Shown here: piece after piece, positions 9,827 to 21,800 of the stretch
Layout of the letters: every line of letters begins with the position of its first letter
How positions within the stretch are numbered: position 1 is the stretch's first letter
Virus record (IMG/VR): IMGVR_UViG_3300008448_011290
Reading direction: 5' to 3' (one strand)
Origin: a virus
Length of the DNA stretch: 64,000 nt
The notes under the pieces: model-generated
Seen by the model: the letters and a program-made list of their open reading frames with translations, nothing else
The model's database searches: none
Told to the model about the DNA's origin: nothing
Translations under genes and position numbers: made by a program

Positions 9827-12800
9827 ATGGCTGATTCACCTATCAACAGCACAACTAATTACGAAGTTGTTACAGACAGTAACGGTGTGACTCTGAGAAG
9901 ATCCATAGCTCATCTGCCATCGTTCTATAGAACAGACAATAATCATAGATTTTTAACCAGCACTTTAGATCAATTAATACAACCAGGCAAATTAACAAGA
10001 TTAGATGGCTATGTTGGTCGTCAATATTCTTATACTAGACAAGCAGCTGACAGTTATATCGAAGCAACCAGCGAGGACAGAGCCAATTATCAATTAGAAC
10101 CTGCTGTGACCTACACAGACAAAGATACATCTTCTATCAATCCAGAAGACCAAGTTAAATTCACAGCCACCTATGATGATTATATTAATCAAATAAAATT
10201 CTTTGGTGGCAATGTTGATAATCATGATAGACTTAATAAAGAGATAGTGTATGCATGGAATCCTGCAGTAGACTTTGACAAATTAATCAATTACAGAGAA
10301 TACTATTGGTTGCCAGAAGGTCCAAATCCCATTTTAGTTTCTAATAACGGTACAAATTCAGTTACTGAGATATCAGTGGATCATGTGGGCAACACTGCTT
10401 ATACTTTCAGCACATATGATGGTGTACAAAATCCCACAATAACATTATACAGAGGTAACACTTACAAATTTGTATTAGATGTAGACGGTCATCCTTTCTA
10501 TATTATGACCGAACCATTTACCACGGGCATAGCCGAGGATGGCAGCACATCAGTGATTTATTCTTCAGCTGTGTCAGGCAATGGCACTGAGGTTGGTATT
10601 TTAACTTTTACGGTACCATCAGATGCACCAGACATATTGTATTATCAGTGTGGCAATCACCAAGCAATGCAGGGTATTTTAACAATTAAAACTATCACTG
10701 CTGTAACAAAAATAGATGTAGAGCACGAGATAGTAGGCACAAAGAATTATATCATGTCTTCAGGAATAAAACTGAGCAATGGTATGAAATTAAAATTTAT
10801 TGATAATGTGACCAGTGCAACATATAAAAATAAAGAATTTTATGTGGAAGGAGTGGGCGATCATATTACTCTAACAGATACTGCTCGATTAATCACACCA
10901 GAATCTTATTCTGCAGAGACCACAGAATTGTATGACACAGTGACTTACGATAGTAGACCTTATGCAATCAGTTTTTATAGACCCGAAACACCCGATTATA
11001 TCACAATCAAAAGAGACAGTCCAGATAACAATGCATGGAGTAGATATAACCGATGGTTTCATAAATCAGTAATAAAAACATCAGACGATGTTAATGGTAA
11101 TATTACCGCTTTATTAGAAACAGCTAGAGCCAAAAGACCCATAATAGAATTTGACTCAGGCATACAATTATATGATCACGGAACAGAAGGATTAAACTCT
11201 GTGGCCTTGATTGACACAGTGACCACAGATGTGTTCTCCACAGTGGTCAACTCTTCAGGATACATTGTGGACGGTATTTCTTTAGCACATGGCATGAGAG
11301 TATTATTCACAGCAGACACCGATTCAATAGTTAAAAATAGAATTTATAAAGTGAATTTTGTCACAGTGGGAGGTAACTCAGTAATAAATCTTACGCAAGA
11401 AGCAGATGGCATACCACAAGATGGTCAAACTGTGTATGCAGAGTTAGGAGCAAACTACCAAGGAAAAACTTTTTATTACAGTGAGTCTGAAAATGCATGG
11501 CAGCAAGGACAGACAAAAACAGCTCTAAATCAAAAACCTTTATTTTCTTTACAGGATAATAATGATATAAAATTTAATGATCAAACAGTGTATCAAAATT
11601 CTTCTTTTGCAGGTGCTGCTGTTTTTGAATATAAAATTTCAGAAACTTCTCCTGTGGATACAGTGTTAGGATTGAGAGTAAAATACAACACTATCAATAA
11701 TGTGGGAGATATTACTTTTACTTCTGATCTTGGATCGGGATCATTCACTTATAAGAGTGGAGACAAAGTGATATCTAAAAATTTTGGCACAGGTCATGTG
11801 CATTATATTATCAGTAGAACAGAAAATGAAGCCAAAACATCTTGGATTAAACGACTTGAAGACAGCAAACAACGAGTAATAAGAACATTCATTGTTGAAG
11901 CTAATGAATTAAGATTATTTCCTATCGATGTATTTGCGAACAGTGTGGAATTGGAAGATTTAGATGTACATGTAGATGTTAACTCTAAAGTACAGAATCT
12001 AAACACAGATTATACATTAGTAGATGGAACCACAAACAAATATATAAAATTTTCATATGATCTTTTGGTGGGAGACATAGTTAAAATACAATGTTACAGT
12101 GCAGCCAAAAGAGTTGTCGGCAAAGGTTTATATGAAATACCAGAAAATTTATCAGTCAATCCGTTCAACGAGCAGTTGAAAGATTTTACCTTTGGACAAA
12201 TATTAAATCATGTGCATGATATAAATGAAAAGAATGTTGAACTAACAGGAGATATACCTGGAGACAGTAATTTACGAGATTTGCCTGATGTAAGAACCAA
12301 AGGTGGAACCATAATACAACATTCAGCACCATTGCCTCAAGCTATGTTCTCATTAATAGATCAGAATGCCAATGCGATTTCTGCTATAGAATATTGTTCT
12401 TTAGAATATCAAAAATTTAAAGAAGGATTTCAATCTAATATCGATATTGGACGGTCCTATGAAGGAGATCCTGCTGCAGCAGTGGACGAAATAATCAAAA
12501 CCATGCATGGTGATCGCGGAATCAGTTTTCCATTCTTCTATGAAGACATGATAGGTTACGGAGAAAAAGTCAGCACAAGAACATACACAGTACAAGACAG
12601 CACAGAAACAGAGTACGCTATTGACAGTCAGTTTGATATCAATGTTTCCAGCAATCGAGCAGTCTATGTTTACCTTAACAACACACAATTATTACAAGGT
12701 TACGATTACACTTTTAGTGAAACCGAAGATAGTGTGAATATAACTGCTGCTCTCGTTGAAGGAGATGTGATTAAAATTAAAGACTACAGTGATACCACAG

Positions 12801-15800
12801 GCAGTTTTGTGCCACTAACACCAACAAAGGTGGGAATATATCCTCGATTTAAACCAGAAAAAATTCTTGATGACACATATTTAGAATCAACCTACGTGAT
12901 AGTGGGACACGATGGCAGCAAGACAGTGGCGTATGGAGACTACAGAGACGATATCTTATTAGAATTAGAGAGAAGAATTTATAACAATTGTAAAATTGTT
13001 TATGATTCAGCGTTATTGCCAGAAACAGAGGTGAGACCTTCTGGATTTACACAGGGAGATTATACTATAGGTGAAATCAATAATATTTTAAGTTACGATT
13101 TCTATTCTTGGGCAGGTAGAAATGCTGTGGACTATCAAAAGAATGAGATATATGATGATTCTAATGCTTTTACTTTTAATTACAGCAGCAATAAAGATTC
13201 TGTAAACAGCGAATATCTACCAGGACACTGGAGAGGCATATACAATTATTTCTATGACACGGATCGACCACACACTCATCCTTGGGAAATGTTAGGACAC
13301 AGTGAAAAACCCACGTGGTGGGAAGATACCTATGGTCCAGGACCATACAGCTCGGGCAACGAATTGTTATGGAATGATCTAGCAGCAGGCTATGACAGCG
13401 GCAAAGAATCAGCTGATCCTAGATATGTCAGATCAGACTTGTTAAATTATCTACCAGTGGACGAGAATGGACAATTGCTATCACCTATAGATTCAGGATT
13501 GATAGACAATTACGTATCAGCAGGTATTAATAAAGTATGGAAATTTGGAGATCACTCGCCGACAGAAACTGCTTGGAGAAGAAGTGCTCAATATCCTTTT
13601 GCTGTAATAAAATTATTAGCATTAACTCGACCAGCAAAATTCTTTGGATTATTTTTTGATAACAGTAGATTGGGTTTGAATGTTTCAGGTAATGTTATTG
13701 ACAGTGACACAGAAGTGGCACAGAATATACGCACAGCCAAATATCATTTGGAAACATCAACAGATAATGAAACCGGCACAACCACTCGTTATATTACCGG
13801 AGGATATCAACCGTTTGTTGTGAACTATCTAATTAAAAATGGATTAGATCCAGCAGTATTTTTCTATGATAAAATGAAAAATCTCAATGTACAATTAGCA
13901 TACAAATTGGGAGGATTCACAGACAAACAAAATTTAAGAATATTAACAGACAGTGTTAGTCCAGGATCCACAGCTGGCTCACAGTTTATACCAGATGAGA
14001 ACTATAAAATACTATTTAGAATCAGTAATCCAATAAACACATTTGAATATTCAGGAGTGCTGATAGAATTAAACACAGCCACCACAGGAGATGGCAGCAC
14101 ACTGGAAGGCGGATACAAAGTTATTGGTTATAACACAATCAAACCATATTTTAAAATATTTGAACCATTAAAAAATGGCAACAGTTATTCCATTGAAGCA
14201 GGCAATGCTCGAGCAACCATTTACAAGGATTATGGAAATGTAGAAAAAGTTGTAACCTATGGCACAGTGTTCAAAGATGTCCAATCGGTAGTGAATTTCC
14301 TAACAGGATATGGAAAATATTTAGAATCACAGGGATTTGTTTTTGATAAATTTTCTAGAGAATTAAAAGAAATTGCCAATTGGGAGATGTCATCCAAAGA
14401 ATTCTTATATTGGACAAGACAAGGATGGGCTCCAGGATCGGCTATTACACTAAGTCCAGGAGCTGAAGGATTTCATCTCTCAACCAAAGACAGTGTGATA
14501 GGAAGATTAAAGAATCTACAGGGAGAATACACAGTATTAGATTCTGCTGGTAGTACAGTTAACAGCAAATCAATTAGTACAAAACGCATAGGAACCACTT
14601 TTGAAATAATCAGCAAATTTCCAGAATCAGGCATATACAATATCACAATGAATGCTGTACAGAAAGAACACATTCTATTATTTGACAATATCACAGTGTT
14701 TTCGGATATTTTATTACAGTTAGCAACAGGATTCCGTCAACAGAGATTCCGATTAATTGGTTGGAAAACTGGAGACTGGAACGGTGATTATTATTCTCCA
14801 GGATTTGTTTTTGATGAAGCTCAAGTAGCAGCATGGACAGCTAATACTGATTATCAAATTGGCGATACAGTAGAATACAATGCTAAATTTTACACTTCTA
14901 AAGTTAATCATAATTCTGGAAACACGTTCGAATCAGATAAATGGCAGAAGAAGAAAGAAAAACCTGCTGCACAATTAATACCTAATTTTGATTATAAAAT
15001 TTCTCAGTTTAATGATTTTTATAACTTAGAGAGCAATAATTTTGATGAAGGTCAACAGAGATTGGCTCAGCATCTTACAGGATATCAATCTAGAAGTTAT
15101 CTAGACAATCTTTTCCTTAACGACGTTTCTCAATACAAATTCTATCAAGGATTTATTAGAGAAAAAGGTACTCTTAATGCTATTAATAAATTGGTTAAAG
15201 CAAAATTTTATGGAGAAAATATTGATCTTACTATCTATCCTGAATGGATGATTCGAGTGGGAGAATTTGGAAACACAGATAATAAAAAATTTGTTCAGAT
15301 TCGTATGCCTGACGATACATTTACTAATAATATACAGAGCATAGAAATATTAGACAATGTATCAGACTCGTTGGATTGGGAAAAATCTGTTAGAGTACTT
15401 ACTTCTGAATTATATAATAAAACTATAGAATATAACAGTCAAGAAACTTTCTCTCTGTATGATTACACTGAAGAAGGTACAGATAAAGACACAGTTCAAA
15501 AATTTAAAACAGCAGGATATCCTAGATTACTTGATGTGGATCACACTGCTTTTACGTCTACGGATCTGCTGAATCTTGATGTATCTTCTATAACCAAAAA
15601 CGATCTAGTATGGGTAGCAAAAAAAGATAACAATGATTGGGACGTATTAAGATTGACATCCACAGTTTTAAAAATTATTGCCATGCGATCCATTAACAAT
15701 GCTACTCAATTAGAAGTGATACTAACTGGCAATCATGATTTTGTGGCAGGCGATTATTTCTCAATACTAAACAGTCAAAGCACACAATTAAATGGAGTGT

Positions 15801-18800
15801 ATAAAGTATACAGCACACCTACCACAGCATCATTGATATTCAATTACAACAAATCGAATAGAATATCCAGCACAGTGGTATTATCAGATCAATCTACTAT
15901 AAACACCTATGGTAACATTTACAAATGGGTCAGCGTGAGATTTGACAGCATGGACAATGTTAATGACCGAATACCTTATAGCGTTTACAGAGATGTGGAC
16001 ACAGCAAATTTTGTTAATGGTGATAGAGTGTTTGCTGACAACAGTACGGGCAAATGGGCAATATATGAAAAAACAGATCCATACGAAACAAAATTATTGT
16101 TATCCCCAGATTCTGTAAACGAGCAATATTTTGGTTATCAAATAGTTGCTAGAAATGATAGTAGAACATTAATAGTAGCATCGCCAGGTGAAGGTCAAGG
16201 ACATATACATTTTCTCTATAGAGCAGAAAATCAACCAGGAAATTTATTCTCTTCTACCAGCAGTTATGAAATGAATGACGGAAATGATGCTACATCTCGT
16301 TTGGGAGAAACTTTAACAATTAGCACTGATGAAAATTACATTGCAGCAGGAGCTCCTTACACTAATACATTAGCAAATGACGGCAGTACCAGACACGAAA
16401 ATGCTGGATTAATAAAGATTTTTGCATGGAATAATGTAGACAAAAATTATTCTTTCTACAACACTGTGTTACCACCCACTGATGATAGCTCTACATTGAT
16501 AGATATGAATTATGGATGGGCCTGTGCCATAGCAGAACCTTCAGATGCCAGCACAGTTTCAACTAGACCAAAATTTCTTTTTGCGTCAGCTCCTGGACTA
16601 AACAACAATTCAGGAGTGGTATATGTGCATACTCTACAAAAAGATCTAGCAGACAGTACCATACCTGTATGGAGACAAGATTCTGCGATATACAGTACAG
16701 AATCAGGATCAGGCAAAAGATTCGGTCACAGATTAGCAGTCAACGATAATGCAGATATAATAGCAATCAGTAGTGTTGCTCCAGGCACTGCTGGACAGGT
16801 AGAAATATTTACAAAGAATAGTGTGAATGATGATGGCAGCAGCATAGAAGATGGCAGTACCAAACATATTTTTACTCATAGACAAACATTGAAAGGTGTA
16901 AATGCAGATGGTAGCACTCTAAACACCGCGTTTGGAGAAAGTATTTCTATGAGCATCAACGGAGAATTGCTCGTAATATCTGCTCCTGGAAAAGATCAAG
17001 GAGAGCAAAATGATGCTGGAGCAATCTATATCTATAAATGGAACGCTGATGGATCAACAAATACCTATACTCTACAACAGACTATTGTAGCTCCAGAGTC
17101 TTCTACTAATATGAGATTTGGATCCACAGTGCAAATTAATAGAGCAAATAATAGAATAGTGATAGGAGCTGAAAAATTTGGAAATAATAGAAGTATGCTT
17201 TTTGATAACGGAGCCACAACGTTTGATTTAGGAGATACAGATATAGTGGATCTTAACATAGGATCTGGAGGAGTGTTTACTGCTACAAAATATGATACAG
17301 AATTTGTAATAGATGACAAATTAGTTACAACGAATGTAGATGCCAATGACGATTTTGGCAGAGGAATATTCATAACAGACACAACAGTGTTTGTAGGATC
17401 ACCTCAGGATGATGTTTTAACAAACGATGGCAGCACATATAGACTAGATGAAGGAACTGTAACAATATTTGATCTTAAAGTGAGAAATTCTTATGCATGG
17501 ACGGCATTGTCTACTGAAACAAATCTTGTTAATGATAAAAAAGTAGATTCTTCTTTTATTTTTGATAGTGCAAATAATGAAATAATTGATTATTTAGATT
17601 ACTATGATCCTGTCAAAGGCAGAATACTGGGTATAGCCGACAGAGAAATTAACTACAAAACTGAATGGGATCCAGCAATATACAATATCGGAACCAAAGA
17701 TAAAACTGTCAATACAAAAACAGCATGGGGTGAAGAGCATGTGGGTGAAGTTTGGTGGAATATGAGCACTGTAAGGTGGGTTTGGTATGAACAACACGGT
17801 TTAGAATATCAAACTAAAAATTGGGGCAAATTATTTCCAGGATCATCAGTGGACATATATGAGTGGGTAGAATCAACTCTGTTACCATCTGAATGGAATC
17901 TGAGAGCAGACACAGTGCCGGGATTATCACAAGGAGTCTCTGGAAAACCTCTACATCCAGACAATACAGTTTTTACAGTGAAACAAAAATACAACACTAT
18001 TTCTGATAGTTTTGTTAATTATTATTATTTCTGGATAAAAAATTCTGTATTTTTGCCGGCAAAAAATAAATCAGCCACAGAAAGAAAGAACACTACAGCA
18101 TACGTGTCCAATCTAATAGAGAATCCATTAGCATCAGGAATAAAATATTATGCTATCACAGGAACAAACTCATTAATAACTTTTAATGTTAAAAATAGTT
18201 TAACTAATGATAATACAGTTCTTAATATAAATTATAAAAATAATAATAATGAAGACACAGCACACAGTGTATGGAAATTAATTAGAGAAGGTGACAAAGA
18301 TGATAGTCCAAATGCATTATTAGAGAAAAAATGGTGGGACAGTCTTGTGGGCAAAGATACGTCAGGCAACGAAGTACCAGATCTAACATTGCCAATCAAC
18401 CAACGATACGGAAATAGTGTTAGACCTAGACAGAGCTGGTATGTGGATAGATTTGCTGCTCTAAAAGAAATCGTAGATTACAGTAACAGCGTACTAAAAA
18501 CAAAAGAATTAGCCAACAGTATCAGTTACGCAAATTTAAATTCAGCAGATCCAGAACCCACAGAAGCTTCAGGCGAATGGGATCGTAGAGTTGAAAGTTA
18601 CGCAGATTTAACATACATCGATACTAGAGATATCAGCGGCATAATTGATGTATTAGTAGCTAGCGATGAAGAAAACAGCAAAGGTTCTTGGGCAATCTAT
18701 AACTGGAATCTTACAGAATGGATAAGAACGAAAGTACAGACATATAAGACGAGCACTTATTATAGTCTAGCTGATTGGTATGCTGATGGATATGACACAA

Positions 18801-21800
18801 ACACTGTGATTGACAAACAGGTTAACTATCAGTATGAAGTTGAGACTATAGATTTAGAAATTGGAAGAATTGTAAAAGTATTAAGAGCCGACACAGGCGG
18901 TTGGAAATTATTTGAACAAACTGCAGAAGGATTAAAAAATGTTGCCACACAAAATGGTACAATACAATTATCCAAAGCTCTGTATGACTATACTATTAAG
19001 AACACAGGATTTGATGCTGATGATACATTTGATGCTAATTTCTTTGACCAAGAACCCACAATTGAAACCAGAAATATTTTAACAGCTCTAAGAGATGATA
19101 TATTTGTGGGAGATCTAAAAATAGAATACAATAATATATTCTTTATTGGATTAAGAAAAGTATTAGAAGAACAATTATACGTGGATTGGTTGAATAAATC
19201 TTCGTTTATAAACGTAACCAACAGTCTAAGACCATTAGATCAGCGTAAGACTTATAGAGTGGGTAACGAAAACTTTGTAGAAGATTACATCAATGAAGTG
19301 AAACCTTTTCATACCAAGATAAGAGAATATAGATTAGGATATACCACTACAGAAACACAAGATGGAATCAACACAGACTTTGATCTTCCAGCATTTTATG
19401 ATGGCACTCGCATTAGGAATGTAGACGTGTCGGCAGATGTAGCATTAATGGCAAGTTACCCTTACCGTTTCTGGAGAGACAATTATAAAAAATATGTGGA
19501 TTCTATTGTGGTAACCAAAGGTGGTAGTGGATATATCACTGCTCCTACAGTTACACTAGTTGGAGGAACAACCAAATCAGTGGGACCGTTCACAGTGTTG
19601 GGTAGAAGTAACAGTGGACCAACATCAGGACAATCAGGATATTTTTATCCATTGTACACAGCAGCCGCAGATGCTGATCTAGCAGACAGTCAAGAGGGCG
19701 GAACAGGTACTAGCTCATTATTCACATTCAATGAATACCCAAGCATAGAGTTTTATATGCCAGACTCTGATCAAAATACAGCCATCACAGATAGACCTAC
19801 AGGATATGAAGTTTATACCACAGCAGACAATACTCAAGCCACAGCAAGAGCGATAATACAGAATGGATCTGTGACAAGAATACAACTATTAACACCAGGC
19901 AGTAACTACACAGCCACACCACGAGTAGTATTAACAGGCGGAGGTTCTGGAGGAGTTACACCAGCAGATGCTGCTCGAGCCTATGCCAATTTAAGGAATG
20001 ATCTTGTGAGAGATATCTCTACCACAATCAAATTTGACCGAGTACAATCCACAGCCACAGTGTTGGATTGGGTAGCAAATACAGCCTATGCATACAATGA
20101 TCTAATTAGATATGAAGACGGATTCTATAAAGTTAACAGTGGATTTACCAGCACAGAAGATTTCGATAACGGATTAACATATCTAACAAAATTGCGAGGC
20201 GATGAACCTTACATTACTGCTGCTGAAAGAACTCTAGGATTGTACCAACCAGATGCTGGCATGCCAGGCAACGAGTTATCTCAAGTGATGACAGGAGTAG
20301 ACTACGGCGGAGTTATGGTTACAGGATTAGCATTCAACAGTGGACAGGGTTGGGATAGATCGCCATGGTACGATAATCCTTGGGACACATATGGTTTAAG
20401 CCGAGTGAAAACATTCTATGGAGATGGTAGCTCTACAGCATTTACATTTGCAACTGCTCCGAGTGCGACCGATGTATACACTGTATACATAAATGGTGTG
20501 AGACAAACGTCACTGGTATTCCGAGGCGATGGATCTACCAAAACTTTCACAGTTATACCTGATGACAGCTCTGTGGTTGGCAACGGCGATGAAATACAGT
20601 TTATACCTTTTGATGATGACGGAGTACTAACACCCACAGATGATAAAACTCTAGATTCATTGATCAGCGGTGGTCTTTTTGGATCAGCGGTGGGAATAGC
20701 ACCGTCGGATATTATATTAGAAGGAGATGGATTCATAACACCAGAAACCAGCTATGCTCCAGAAGAGAATGTGCCAGGTTCAATGTTTGACACTGTGGAT
20801 ATCAAAGTTTATACCACACCAGAGTCCGGCGTGCCGTTTATTGTGAACAAAAATTATATCGGTGATGGTTTAACTCTAACTTATAACATAGGACAATATC
20901 CAGGAACAGATGATTCAGTGATAGTGACTGTGGATGGTCAAACCATGAGGCAGAATGACGAATACACAGTAGATGCTGCTGCAAAAACTATTACTTTTTT
21001 ATCAACACCGGTAAGTGGCAGCAAGATATCTATCAAGAGTTTTGCTGTGTCTGGAAGTAATTACATGGTATTGAACACTTTCATTGGAGACGGATCCACA
21101 GCATCATTCACAACATCTGCTAGAGAGACTTTCCAATTGGACAGTGCGGCCAGCCAACTATATGTCACTGTAGATGGTCAACCCACAACAGCATACAATT
21201 ACACAGTATCAGGCAAATTAATCACAATAACATTACATACTGGTGATGGATCTACTCTGTTGCCTCCAGCAGCAGGCAAATTAATACAGATATCATCATT
21301 CAATCAACCTGCGGGCAGTGGTAGAGCTTATGCTGAAGTTAGAAGTGAGCAGTTGACACACGATGGTACCAACAGATATACTTTGACATATCCTGCAGGT
21401 GCTATTGGACCATATTCAGGATTGACGCTTTTAGAAGTAGGCGGAAAAATATTGAGAGGACCAGACAATACCTACTATGCAGGCGATGGCAGCACCACAA
21501 GTTACAGTCTAGGCACAGATCCTGCCAACACAGTAACAGTAGCCAATGAAGTAGAAGTTTATGTCAACGGTTCTAAAAAATATCAGTTCACAGATTACAC
21601 AGTGAATATCGGTACACAACAGATACAGTTTGTGTCTGCTCCAAGTGGTACAGATGTTATTGCTGTGTCTGTACTATTGGATAATCATTATTACAACGAA
21701 GGATCAGATGTGATATTAAAACCAACACAACTGGCTGCTGATGGAATATCTTTGTCATCTGGAGATATATTTGTGGCCATAACATTTAACAATGCTGTGG

